Below, piece after piece: positions 11,916-24,818 of a stretch of DNA of 43,753 nucleotides. Made by a program: the position numbers and the translations under genes. Origin of the DNA: Sarea resinae (Eukaryota). The notes under the pieces were generated by a model that was given only the letters and a program-made list of their open reading frames with translations, had not been told where the DNA came from and made no database searches. How positions within the stretch are numbered: position 1 is the stretch's first letter; each line of letters opens with the position of its first letter. The stretch covers positions 124,001-167,753 of the forward strand of contig JAPEUD010000055.1 in assembly GCA_026026165.1 (NCBI GenBank), in the 5' to 3' direction.

Positions 11916-12320
11916 GATTTGACTTGTGCAATGTGATACAAACGCTTAGTTGATCAAGTATCAGACCAATTATCTATATAACTATCTATGAATGATCATA
12001 CAATAGAAAAATCAAAAATGGAATGGAATAACACTTTGTGGCCTTATGGTATCTACTCAACTAGATCTGCTTTACTTCTCGATAGTATATAGAGAGAGAA
12101 AAGAAAAACGAAATTGGATTGAAAAGAAAAACTTTGATTAGAAGAAGGCGAGGACTTGGGTGGATTGAGGTCTGGTTGGGCCGCATTCTGGCTATTTAGA
12201 TAGCTAGCCGGTCAGGTTCCGACCGCTTGCTTGCTTGCTAGCTTGCTAGCTTGCTCGCTCATGAGCGGGCACCCATTGGTGGGGACTTGTGCATGATCGT
12301 GATCATGTGTATATCGAATG

Positions 12321-13411
12321 TCAAGCGCGCGGGCTCTTCCACGCTCGCATGCCACCAAGATGGGGCGAGAGTTCCGAGCGCAGCGGCACCTCGCTTCCCG
12401 CCAACTCGAGCACGCGACTCTGTTTCTTGGATAGTGTTGTCGTCGCCGGCGGGGGAAATGGCGAGGGAGAGGGAGATGGGCCGTAAAAGGGCTTCGAGTC
12501 GTTGGAGGCGCGGTGCGAGGACGGAGGGAGAGATGGGTCGGTCTTGGAATAGGGGGGCGATGATGAGGAAGCAGAGGAGGAATAAGAAGAAAATGAGATG
12601 GGGATTTTTTCCGTCTGTTGGGTTTTCCGGCGCGCGACTCTTAGACCGATGATGACGCCTAGGAATGCTAGTAAGGGCGTGCCTATGCCGATTGCCAGGC
12701 CTATGCCCACTTTCGTTCCCGTTGTCATGCCCAGTTGCGCTTTGGTGGTTTGTTGCGCGGCTGATGTATCTGCATGGTTGGATGACAGAGAGGTGGAAGA
12801 GATGGTCTGGGATGGGGTCGCGCTAGGATGTGAGGGCGTGGGAGAGAAAGATACATCCCGTGTTATTGATGCCTTTGCGGATGCCGAACGGACCGCGGCT
12901 GCGGACTTGGGTGAAACTGAGCTGGACAAGGACAAGGTTGAGCCGGTGATGTTGAAATAGTGCGAGGTGAAGGAGGCCTGGCCAGAGCTCTGAACCCATA
13001 GAAAGAAGACATTGGATATAGCCAGATCGAAGTTGAAGGTCTGGACGACCCAGTCAAACTGACCTGTCTGGTCGCTAGGGCCGGTCTTGGCTTTGGGGAA
13101 CTGTTAGATTCTTTTGATGCGCAAGACGTTTCGGGGCTAGATTTTCTATCTATACCGTATATCGTGGGACCCGGGGCCGATGCTTCCGCGGATAGATCTT
13201 GCTGCCAGACGACGACCGTGTAATTCACGTAATTGGTGTCAAAGGATATTTTCTCCGTCTTGCCCAAGGTCCAGACTTGATTGACGGAGAAATTCGCGTC
13301 TGGTCCTGGATCGCTAGGGTTGTTGAAGAAATTCTGTGCATCTATTTGCTGTGCCCACACCGAGGAAAGATAAGAGAGGATCAATAATAGCAAAAAGAAA
13401 AATTTGCCCAT
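12321..13411 (-). CDS. Type I single-pass cell-surface protein (signal peptide, small beta-rich ectodomain, Ser/Thr stalk, TM; Mid2-like architecture)
   Basis: Exons 13411-13156 and 13090-12321 (GTATAG..CTAAC..AAG) join the two track ORFs via AKTGPSDQTGQFDWVVQTFNFDLAISNVFFLWV...SHYFNIT. Signal peptide MGKFFFLLLLILSYLSSVWA; TM KVGIGLAIGIGTPLLAFLGVIIGL followed by RVARRK. Confidence 0.85.
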
Positions 13412-14023
13412 CTTTGATCTTGGGCTGATGATGACGAAGAATCTGACTCGCAGTTCTCAACCATGAGCGACACGGACAAAGTCATCTCGACAGTAATGGA
13501 AGAATTGCACGATCTCATATAGCAGGACTTCTATCAACAATCACACCGCCGTCCATCGGCTGGAGGCAACGGCACAAGAGCCAACGCACTCAGGGGGAGG
13601 CACATTTCTGTCCGTCAAACATGCTCGCGTATCAAGGAGGATTCCTTTGATTTTGTCGGAAATTCCGCGATGCTTCTGATTTGGTCAAAGGACAATCCGC
13701 AGATCGCAAAGTCGCTATTTCGAGGTGTTTACCTCTCGGGTAGCGCCGTGGGCGCTTAAATCCCACCTCTAGCGATTCTATTGGTCTCTCTATTAATCGC
13801 CGTTGATCGGATTGGATGTTTGAAGGTGACCACCCCGCACTCAGGGAAGGTTGGCTGCCGCTATGGCTCCATACCTTTGCAGACGGGATATCGTAGATGC
13901 GGATGCCTACAGCGGGGCGCTTAGATGCCATCGTGCTCCCATCTGTCGCGGTCCCTTTAATGGGACTGTGCCCTCAAAGATGAACGGCATCGGTGTTTTC
14001 AATGCGCCCTGTGCCCCTTGAAG

Positions 14024-15359
14024 ATGTTGCCCTTTCCGTTGCCATCCTCACCGATGTTCTACAAGATTGCTGCTGTGGGATCATTCTTCTTCTTGCTGCT
14101 CTTGCTCAGTCTCTTGAACCGGGACATTACGAGCTTCCGAACCGTGACTACTCACAAGAAGCTCTCGAGTCTTCTAGATGATGTGCGCAACTCTAGTCTG
14201 GGAGTGCGTTGTCCAATCTTTCAATACCGATTCTTTTCCGACCATTGCTGACGGAGCTCTAGTTCGAGAAGATCTTCGTGGTCAATCTTCCCTCTCGAAC
14301 GGATCACCGAGATGCTCTACTCGTGACTGGAGCTGCCACCCATATTGAATTCGACTGGGTCGATGGCGTACTCGGAGCAGACGTACCGGACAAGGCCATA
14401 ACCCCTCCCATGAACCGCGAGCAATTAGGTGCTGGCAATATTGGTAGTTGGCGAGCTCATTTGAATGCGCTCACAGAGTCGGTCCCCCTCTTTTGGTCGT
14501 GATCAAGCGGTAGCTGATTAGCGATAGGGTCGTGCGCCAGAATCTGTCTACCGCCCTCATATTAGAGGACGATGTTGACTGGGATATCCGATTAAAGTCT
14601 CAACTACATGATTATGCGCTCTCGTCGCAAGCCTTACTCCAGCCTCTCCTTGAGGATCCCTCTTCCTACGCCGATCCAACCTACCCTTCTCCAAATGGTG
14701 CTGTGACCATGCCACCTGATATGCATTTCGGGAGCCTTCCACCAGTGTCACCACCTTCTTCTTCTCCATACGGCGACGGATGGTCCGTCCTGTGGCTGGG
14801 CCACTGCGGAACTATATTTCCAAGCTGCAAGGTTGAAGCTTCGGCGGAGAGATCCAAGAATCAACCCAAGGGCCGCGTGGTTCACTTGGACGATGATACT
14901 GTTCCGGAGAGCCACTACTTCGAGAACTTTACAGACCTCTGGGGTTGGCAGCAGGATGATCCACGCGCCGCTTACCCACCTCACACGCGAATCGCGCACC
15001 ATTCCATGGGTACCGTTTGCACGCTGGGCTATGCCGTCACACAAGAGAGTGCGCGGCGGATCCTTTATGAGTTTGGAGTCAAAGCGTTCAATGCCCCTTT
15101 TGACATCATGATGAGAGATCTCTGTGAAGGGACCTCGAATCGACCGTACCATACATGTTTGACGGTACAACCACAGTTGTTCAACCACCATCGTCCTGCA
15201 GGAAACAAGAAGTATGAGAGTGATATCAACGATCATGGCGGTGCGGAGAACACCCATGCCTACACGGAAATCATCCGCTGGAGTGCGAGGTTGAATCTGG
15301 ATAGGTTATTATATGGGGCAACGGAGTTTGAGGACCAGTATCCTGATCAGGAGAGATGA
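14024..15359 (+). CDS. Glycosyltransferase family 25 protein, type II membrane anchor
   Basis: Exons 14024-14203, 14263-14477, 14528-15359. N-terminal TM followed by the GT25 motifs FEKIFVVNLPSRTDHRD, IGSWRAHLNAL, ALILEDDVDWD, WSVLWLGHCG and CTLGYAVT. Confidence 0.9.
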
Positions 15360-15818
15360 AAAATGGGTTGACTGCTCAAGATTGTAGACTAGATAGATGG
15401 ACCTCATGGGCTTTTGTGTACAGATATTGATAATCATATATGAAACAAAAAAATGGATCGTGATCATCCGAAACACAGATAATCACTCATTATCGACGTT
15501 GTGCAAGTTTGGCAAAGGGGGATTGACTATGACGCAAAGAGCTCGATTGTACCGAGAAAGACTCTGTGAAAGTATTCTCAGGCATTCAATGGCCGCTGAA
15601 ATACCACTTCCGTAGATTGATGCGGTATCTGTGCGTACTCTCGTGCTCTGGGTCGAGCTACAGGGAGGTAGGGATGAGAGATGTGGTCAACGGCAATCAC
15701 CGGCGGCATCCAGCGCGGTGTCGTCGAGAGCGAATGTCATTCAGGATCATGACCAAGATCTCTCTTCATCGACCCACGACCGAACTCTGCGTCGGCCTCG
15801 AGTGCCGAAATCACCACG

Positions 15819-18265
15819 ATGCCCAAAAACCGTCCCGAGGTTTCGGGCTATGCTCGTTTGGCCCAGGCTGAAGAAGAGGAGGAGCATGCTGGTGGTTACT
15901 TCGACGACGATTCCGACGACGATGCATCTAATCGACGACCGCCGCTGACCGTTTCCACGTCTGCGCCTCGTTTTGCGCCCATACAGACCCGGCGGCAGGG
16001 ACCGATGCTGGCACCGGGGATGGTATCTTCCTCCCTCCCGCGGCGGCCCGGCACTCCTCGGCGGCGTGGCCGGAGCAACTCTTCAGGAGTAGACATCAAG
16101 GCGATCAACGCCCGCCTGGAACGATGGGCCGAAGAAATCGCTTCGAAATTCAAGATCGGAAAGGGGAAGGGCAAAAACGAAGAAGAAGAGCGTCTGGAAA
16201 TCCATCATTCCGTCTTTCAACCTGTAGATGGCATCCGCCCTGCGACTGCGGAGACACTCATGTCTGAGACCACGGATGGCACCGGCGACAGGATTACCAA
16301 GTTGCAATTCGATGATGTCGTGGAGAGTGTGAGGATCGCCATTGAAATGGGCATGCATCCGAAGATGATTTCACAAGGTAGCTCCGGGAGCTACTTCGCC
16401 CGCAATACTGACGGCAAGGTGGTGGGAGTGTTCAAGCCCAAGGACGAGGAACCATATGCATCGAGAAATCCGAAGTGGACCAAGTGGATTCATCGCAACC
16501 TGTTCCCGTGCTTTTTTGGTCGAGCATGTCTGATTCCGAATCTAAGCTATGTTTCGGAAGCGGCAGCCTACGTGCTTGACGCCAGGCTCCGAACTCATCT
16601 CGTGCCTTATACCGACATCGTCTACCTATCTTCAAAATCCTTCTACTATGATTTCTGGGATCGGAGAAGCTATTACCGGAAGGGGAAGCCTCTTCCGCAG
16701 AAAGTTGGAAGCTTTCAAGTCTTCCTCAAAGGTTACAAAGATGCAAATATATTCTTACGGCAGCACCCTTGGCCAGATCGACACAACTCGGGATTCCGCA
16801 CCGAAGACGCTCCAAAGAAAGTCAAAAGGCCTTGGAACGAGACCTGCCGGCCCAGTGGTGCCGAGTCGGACGACGAAGAGGAAAGGGAAGAGCACTCCCC
16901 GATAGGCGAGGGAGAGGCGCAGGAACGTAGATTTTTTTGGACTGAGGCTCTCCAACAGTCATTTCGTGAAGAGCTAGAGAAGCTGGTCATATTGGATTAT
17001 ATCATGAGAAATACCGATCGAGGATTGGATAATTGGATGATCAAAGTAGATTGGCACAGTCAAGAGGTGTCCATTGTCTCTGAACCGCCTCACCTGAATG
17101 GGAAAGCCGATGACGAAACACCACCGGCACGTCCAGTGCCTAAGAATGGAGACGGCGTCGCAGTATCCGACCTTTATCCATACAAGCGGCAGGATCCCAT
17201 GGAGGCATTTAGCGGATCCGCAACTCCATCGGGCGGCAATGGTGGGCCGACAATCAGCATAGGTGCTATCGATAACAGCTTGTCTTGGCCATGGAAACAT
17301 CCTGATGCTGTATGTTTTGGATTATCTATATATCTATCTATCAAGCTAAACAATTCGCTAATCAACAACAGTGGCGTAGCTTTCCCTTTGGATGGCTTTT
17401 CCTGCCTGTATCATTGATCGGCCAACCCTTCTCCAAGAAAACCCGAGATCACTTCCTGCCACTTCTTACATCTACTCAATGGTGGAGCGAGACACAGGTT
17501 GCACTACGAAACATCTTCAGTCAGGATTCGGATTTCAAAGAGCGCATGTTCGCACGGCAGATAGCGGTCATGAAGGGGCAGGCATGGAATGTGGTCGAGA
17601 CCTTGAAGCTTCCGGACCATGGACCCCTTGAGTTGACAAGACGCGCCCGGGTGTGCGTCTGGGATGACATCGTCGATGTCCCTGTGGCAGTCCCTCTCCG
17701 CGTGCCCTCGGCTGAGATGAGGCGGCGACGGGAAGCGGATGTCCGAAGAGGCATCGAAGAGGAAGAAATGGATATCAGTTCCGCAAATGCTTCTGTTCCC
17801 GATCCTCAGTATGATCTCCTGGGCTTGCATTCACCCGCCTCGGAGATACCCAGCGCCACTCGTTTCAACATGTCACGAGATACCAGCTCTAATGACCTCA
17901 CTCAAAACCCCGAGAACGGGCGAGCAGCGGTATCTGCGAGCACTGTCCCCGTTGAAAGCCCCGCATCAGACCCTGTCGCTGAGTCCAAAGATAGGGCAGA
18001 CCTCGCCATCTCAGACGCTCTTGGGTCGAGACCGCGCGTGAGCTATGAAGAGCCGCAAAGGCCTCGCCGGGGCTCTACTGGGCAACCAAGGGGATATTCG
18101 TTCTCTTCGCGGCGAAACAGCGCCGCGCTCTTATACGCGGGAGATGACCTCGAGGGAGACCTGGGCTACGCGGCGGCAGAGGACATGGAGGGCAACTTGA
18201 AAAAGGTCATCGTGGAGAGGCTCGAGACGGTCAAGAGTAAAAATCCGGTGTTTACCTGGTGCTGA
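15819..18265 (+). CDS. LSB6: Type II phosphatidylinositol 4-kinase
   Basis: Exons 15819-17309 and 17372-18265 (GTATGT..CTAAT..CAG). Motifs ISQGSSGSYF, VFKPKDEEPY, PCFFGRACLIPNLSYVSEAAA, LDYIMRNTDRGLDNWM, AIDNSLSWPWKHPDA|WRSFPFGW and C-terminal NPVFTWC. Confidence 0.95.
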
Positions 18266-18965
18266 TTGGCGTTGGCCCACATGAAAAGATCATGCGCTGG
18301 AAGCGATTGTGTTGTTGTAGTATATACCACGTGCATTTTGGCGGCGTTTTATGTGCAGAGGGTTGAATGCCGCGAGCCGGCGGGGTGGGACGGACACCCT
18401 CTTCGAAGGTTTTCATGCATTCATTGGTCTTACTGAAGCCATCCGGCGGGCTCGGGAAGCTCTTGTGAATATAAACAATCTCAAGGAGGAGCTGGAGAGC
18501 TGTTGGGATTATTGGATCACAAGACATGAATTTGCCATCACATCCAGACTGCTTACTAATGATAACAGAGTTAGTCACGGACTGATTGATTGTCGACGAA
18601 AGAGGTACTTGGATCGCCACTTACTTGCCGGCGGAAGTGAAGTATCTCTCTCCCACTTCCGCAATCGATTAGATTAGATGGCAGATAGCCAGTAAGGTGA
18701 AGTGTGATCGTGATGCCTGACCAGTATCAGTATCAGTATCCACGTCGACCTCTCCAGCCTCATTCAACACCTCGCCCCCATCGCATATCCTCATCGTCTT
18801 CGCATCCCTTGGCTTCTCTGGGCTCTCCCAGACCATTTCACTGCTGTTGATAGCGAGTCTTGCCGCTCTTGCTGCTTCGTCTTTCGCACTTCCGACGCCC
18901 ACTGAACTCATGCGCTTTGCCGTTATCGCTTCGCCCACGGATCCGTCGAGTCACCTCACGGACCC

Positions 18966-21900
18966 ATGAATCCGAATCCCAACCCGAATCCTCAAGCCCA
19001 TACCCACGCTCATGGCAATCTTGATCTTTTCCCTGGACGTTTCACCGCAATGGCATCTCCGCCAACCTCTGGTCAGCCATCATCGCACATGGCGCACATG
19101 CTTCTCAATCCAAAGGCAATGCAGAAACAGAAGTCTAGAGGTATGTCTTCCACCTTCTCGCCGTCTCAGCTGTCTCGCCTTTGAATGCGCGCAACTCTTC
19201 CTCGGTGACTTCGGAGTCGATCCTCACCTTCTGCTATTACGTCACCTTCATTTGTCACATCACTTGCCACTCAGCTAATCATCCTTCTGATCTGAAGCGC
19301 AAGGACGCTCAGAAAATACCAACGGTATGAGCGCAACTGCCTCTGCCTCGACGCCTCAGTTTGACCCGAGGATGCTTCTCAATCCCAAGAATTTTCAGCA
19401 TACCTCACGAAGCAAACCACAGGACAACGTCCCTCCGCCACAGGAATTGCCGCACACACCCTCTTCTCACCCTGGCCTCATCGCTGGGTCCTCGCCGACT
19501 ATTCCTCCTTCGACTCCTCAGGACCTTCAATCAAATATGCCGGGCATGGGTGGCATGATTGAGAGGATCCATAACGTATCGAGGCGAGAAGAGCGACCAA
19601 TCAAACGACAAAGAATAGAGCCTACGCCGGACGACTCGGATGACAAAAAGAGTAGAGCTTTCCCTGGCGGTGGCAAGGGAGGAGAAATTGGGGAGTACAT
19701 GCGGAAGAAGAGAGAAGAGGGGATGCAGCAGAATGCTTCTAAAAACTCCATCGTTGACCTAACTGCAGGTAATGCGTCTGACTTGGCTTGAGGTTCTATG
19801 AAGCTTCGCGCTAATCTAGGAAAGTAGATGACGAAGACGATTTGGTCGTTGTTAGCGACTCTGGCGACGTCGAGGTTTGCTTTGGCCAGGTTGAAGCACC
19901 GCGCGTCCAGGCCCATCGCGTTCCTGATGTGTGTTCGATCGAGACGCAGCAGTGGACCGGGCAGTGGCCCTCGATAAAAGTTGAACTCCGGCGTCAGCCC
20001 AGGAGTACGCATATCATCAGTGTCATAGACCCTCGCGGTAACGATATTGGAAACATAGATGTCCGAACGGCGATTGGTCTGGCCCCATTGATGGATAACC
20101 ACCTCATAAAATTGCGCTGTCAGGCTCGCCTTGCGACCCGCAAAATAAAGCCTGGCGAATACCCTGGGCAGTCTGTCTCGGAGTATTACGATCTCATTCT
20201 GAATCTGTATGGGCGAAGAGTGATGGCCACCGGTGTTGGAAGACACCTCAGCCAAAAGCAGGTGTGGCTTCGTGCGCCATTCATGGTGGACAAAGGTATC
20301 GAGGTCGTCAATCCGCATACCCCTAAAGTACTTCCTCGGACGAGCTTGAATGGCTCTTCCGGCTACTCGGCTGGATATGTCAACCGCACTGTCGAAGAGA
20401 TCCGCAACGATGTCATTGGCATCTTTGACTCTCTCGAAGAGTCTGAGACACTTCCTGAGATGGAAGCAGACGACCTCATCATCACTCCGCTATTACCGCA
20501 CCAAAAGCAGGCTCTTTACTTCATGACCGATAAAGAGAAGGAACGAGTGTACGATGATCAAGACGATCAAAAGAAGGCTCTTTGGAAACTGAGGTTACGT
20601 CCTAATGGCCAGAGGATGTACTACAATGTCATCACCGGAAAGGAAGTAAGAGCGAAGCCGCCAGAGGTTCTCGGTGGCATTTTGGCCGACATGATGGGCT
20701 TAGGCAAGACGCTCAGTATTCTGTCCCTTATCTCGTCTTCTCTCGAGGATGCCGTTTCCTTTTCCGAACAGAAGCCCCCGCTTCGCGAATCGGATGAGGA
20801 ATTTCCCTTGATCTGCAATTCCAAGGCTACCTTGCTGATCTCGCCTCTGAGCACCATTGCAAACTGGGAAGAGCAAATCAAGATGCACGTCCTTGATCAG
20901 GGGTTATCCTATTACGTTTTCCACGGCACGAACAGATGCAACAATGTTGTGGAGCTCTCGAAATACGACATTGTCATCACCACCTACAGCGTCGTTTCCA
21001 GCGAATTTGACCGAAGAAGCAAGAAACGGCAATCCTCTCCTAGTCCGTTAGAGCAGACCAATTGGTTTCGAATCGTGCTCGATGAAGCTCATATGATCCG
21101 CGAGCAATCGACAAGGCAGTCAAGGGCTGTGTGCTCGTTATCTGCGCAACGACGATGGGCAGTCACTGGTACGCCGGTGCAGAATCGTCTCGATGATCTC
21201 GGTGCTTTGATCAAATTCCTACGCGTCAAGCCTTTCGATGAGAAGAGCGGTTTCACGCAGTTTATCTTGAGCCCTTTTAAGAATGCAGACCCTGAGATCC
21301 TCCCGAAGCTGCGTTTGCTTGTTGATAGCTTCACTCTTCGACGGCTAAAGGACAGGATCGACCTTCCTCCACGTCATAACCAGATCGCTAGACTCGAATT
21401 TAGTCCGGAGGAGCAGCAACTCTATGAGTGGTTCGCAAAAGATTCCGACAATGCAATGAGAGTGGTCGCCAGCGGGAAGAAGAGCAGTCTTGGTGGGAAA
21501 GTTTACGTGCACATTCTCCGTGCCATTCTTCGACTCCGGCTTATCTGTGCTCATGGAAAGGAGCTGCTAAGTGAAGAAGACATGAAGGCGGCCGAAGGCA
21601 TGAGCAAGAACAATGCCATCGATCTTGAAGACGACAGCGTTCAGAAATCTCAGTTGACGCCAAAACAGGCTTACGACATGTTCAGCCTGATGAAGGAGAG
21701 CAATGCCGATTCTTGTTCGCAGTGTGATCACAAGATCGCGCCGAAGGATATGGCTGCAGATGACTCGTCGAGCGCTAAAGACGATGTTATTGGATATATG
21801 ACGCCGTGCTATCAGATCCTGTGCCGAGACTGTATCACCGCCTTTAAGGCGCTGGAGCGACAGAAAGTCAATAGCGAGGGTTTCGTTGTCTGTCCATTGT

Positions 21901-22625
21901 GCGACCAATATGTCCGCATGTCTTACTTTGAGATCAAACAAAGCAAAGTCGAAGAGGACGAGCAGGCTAAACAAATGGCCAGAGATGATCCGAAATCGGC
22001 CAAGAAACTAGCAAACTACGGTGGGCCGCACACAAAGACCAAGGCTTTGGTGGCGTCTTTGCTCCAGTCTCGAGCAGAGAGTGAGGCTCGGCCTGAGCAG
22101 AGACCGATCAAGAGGTAAGAAGTTTTCTAATCATACGAGTGCCAACAACTGACTCATTGATTCAGCGTTGTCTTTTCCGGTTGGACCTCCCACCTCGATC
22201 TCATACAAATTGCTCTCGACAAGCAACACATCAAGTACACGCGCCTCGACGGTCAAATGTCTCGTCCCCAGCGCGCCAACGCTTTGAACACCTTCCGCGA
22301 CGATCCCGCTACGACAGTCATCCTCGTCTCCATCGCCGCCGGCGGCCTCGGTCTCAACCTCACCACGGCCAACAAGGTCTATGTCATGGAGCCGCAATTT
22401 AACCCAGCGGCCGAAGCGCAAGCCATCGATCGCGTGCATAGGCTCGGGCAGACGAGGGAGGTCACGACGGTGCGATTCATCATGAAGGGCAGCTTCGAGG
22501 AGAAGATGCTTGTGCTCCAGCGCAAGAAGCAGAATCTGGCCGATCTGAGCATGAATAAAGGGAAACTCGATCGTAGCGAGGCGGCCAAGAGGAGGCTGGA
22601 GGATTTGAGGAGTCTGTTCAAATAG
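18966..22625 (+). CDS. Rad5/HLTF-subfamily SNF2 helicase with HIRAN-like region and inserted RING-like finger
   Basis: Exons 18966-19140, 19298-19768, 19828-22114, 22166-22625 keep frame. Motifs LLPHQKQAL, GGILADMMGLGKT, RIVLDEAH, RWAVTGTPVQNRLDDL, the Cys array CSQC..PCYQILCRDC..CPLC, SVVFSGWT, GGLGLNLT and QAIDRVHRLGQ. The ATG at 19049 is an alternative start. Confidence 0.93.
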
Positions 22626-23903
22626 ACCATTGATGGGGGAGTGACGGTGAGTGGTAGTGAGCATGTGAAAGGGGGTGGGTGAGTGGAGTGGAGTGGAGTG
22701 GAGCCGAAGCCGGTAAAGCGATTTCAAGTTGCATGGGCGATGTTGGTCGATGATGCATGATGCATAATGCGATAAAAGATTTACGAAACACGTGATGAGC
22801 AGTCCGTGGTGCATTTATAGATTTATCATCCAACAAATGGGAGGAAAGGGATCATTACTCTTCTGTTTCGGGTTTTCTTTCCCCCTTTTTTTCTTTTTCG
22901 ATCCCCCCTGGGCATACCTTATCCTTTCCTTGGACGGGACTCTATTTAGGCAGACAACAGGCAGGCAATTTGAAGGCCCCGTGGTTGGTGGGGGGCGCCG
23001 GGGGTTCGGGGGATGGGGGTTTTTCTCTTTTCGGGACAGAGCACACACTGGATGAACAGGGTTAGAATTCGTGTGGACTCTCGTAGGTGGTCTGCACTGG
23101 CATTGGCAGTCGATCTGGGTCGGTCCGGGTCGGTCCGTCTCAAGGCGTTCTGTTGTGGTGGTGCTTGAACGTGGTGGTGCGGCTGGGATTTTTATCTTCT
23201 ATACCTTAGGTCGTTCGCAGTCAAATTGAAATTTCTTTCGACTTTCCTTTTGGGGAACTTGGATGCAGTGGATGCAGTAGATGCTATTTTGATGCTATAG
23301 ATGGGCAGATGGATAGCTGGACAGATGGATGGGTGGATGGATGTTTTGGTACCGTGGACTAAGCTGGACTGAGCTGGACTGGACTGAGCTGAACTGGACT
23401 GGACTGGGTTAGGGGTTCATGCTATCTTTTGTTCTGTTTTATGTTTTCTCTCTCTTGGATGTCTCCTCTCATTCGTAGGCGACAGGATAGGATAGGGTAG
23501 GATGTACTTGAGAAGTCGTAAGGGAAATAGTAAAGGCGGGAGGAGAGAGTTGTAGGTTGGAGGTCGTGTTTCTCAGGGCGCGCGCTGCTATGTACCTACT
23601 TAGCTATCTACCTGATAGTGCGGGTTTTTTTGGGGGGGAGGGGGAGGAGTCTTTTGGTTTCAGGGGTATGTGAGATGTGAGGGGGAGGTGCTGTTTTGGC
23701 GTTTGTTTTGGCGGTGTGTTTGGTGTTGTGTTTAGCGGCTGGTTGGCTGGTTGGCTGGCTGATAGGGGGATTTGAGGGGGTATGGATTTGAGGGGTATGG
23801 GTTTACGGGGTGTGAGATGAGATTGTAGATGGTAGATGGTAGGTGTTTGGCAGTTGATTATTTGATAGTTGTTATGTACCCGTACTCTCTCTTTCTCTCT
23901 CTA

Positions 23904-24818
23904 TTATCTATTCTTGCACACCCCCTCCACCCCTCCGCTCACAGCATCAGACACCACCTCTCCCCTCCACGTCAGCACGACCTCCTGCTTCAACTCGGCC
24001 CCATCCCCATCTTCGCCCAAGCCCGCTCCCTCCTCATCCTGATCAGCGGCGACGTATCTGACCTCGACGGCCAAGCCCTCCAACCCGGCTCTTCTCGCCC
24101 GCTCATTCCACACCATCTGGCGTACGGTGCCGTTCAGCCCCACGCACACGAATCCCAGCGGCCACGCGCTGCGGGCCAGGGCATCGCGCACGCCTTTCGT
24201 GGCTGGTAGCGGACAGGCCAGGAGACCGATGATGCTGGCCCCTTTTCCGTGCTCTTCCTCTTCGTCTGTTTTTCTGGCATTACCTCTGCCGGCCCTGCTG
24301 CTGGCATCGCCGCCATTACCGCCGCTACGACTCGCCCGCCACCCCACGGGCGCCCCCGCAAACGCCCCCTCTAGCTCTCGCACCAGATGCGGGCCCGGCG
24401 CGCGGGACAGCGCCTTGCATTGCACGAGGACGCGCAGGGCGTGCAGCGCGGACGGCACGGCCCAGTGGCCGACGAGATCGACGCCGTTGTCCGCGCGGCC
24501 GCCGACGCGGGTCAGGCGCATCTGCAGCCGCGACAGCGACGAGGCGCATGTGTATTCGTAGTGGGTCCCTATGTAGGTGGGCGAGGTCGGGGCCAGCGAG
24601 ACGTGCGCTGCGTAGGCCAGGAAGGTGGGCAGGGAGGTGTGGGTTGTTGATATGGGAGAGGGAGGAGGAGGGGGTGCGGGAGTGTGGTGGAGGTTGGGGC
24701 TGAGGGGGTATGGTGAGGTTTTGGGGGCTGTGGGGAAGGGGCGAGAGGGATGGTGCGGTTCTGTTGATTTTGGTTTTGCTGTTGCTCTTGCTGAGCGGAG
24801 GAGGCGTGTGCGTGGCAT
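23904..24818 (-). CDS. RRG7: Required for respiratory growth protein 7 (DUF2034, restriction-endonuclease-like fold), probably mitochondrial
   Basis: Intronless 304-aa ORF with an Arg/Ser-rich presequence-like N-terminus and GTHYEY...LTRVGGRADNGVDLVGHW...VLVQCKA...PHLVRELEG...VRQMVWN. Confidence 0.88.
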   Translation of the reverse strand: MPRTRLLRSARATAKPKSTEPHHPSRPFPTAPKTSPYPLSPNLHHTPAPPPPPSPISTTHTSLPTFLAYAAHVSLAPTSPTYIGTHYEYTCASSLSRLQMRLTRVGGRADNGVDLVGHWAVPSALHALRVLVQCKALSRAPGPHLVRELEGAFAGAPVGWRASRSGGNGGDASSRAGRGNARKTDEEEEHGKGASIIGLLACPLPATKGVRDALARSAWPLGFVCVGLNGTVRQMVWNERARRAGLEGLAVEVRYVAADQDEEGAGLGEDGDGAELKQEVVLTWRGEVVSDAVSGGVEGVCKNR

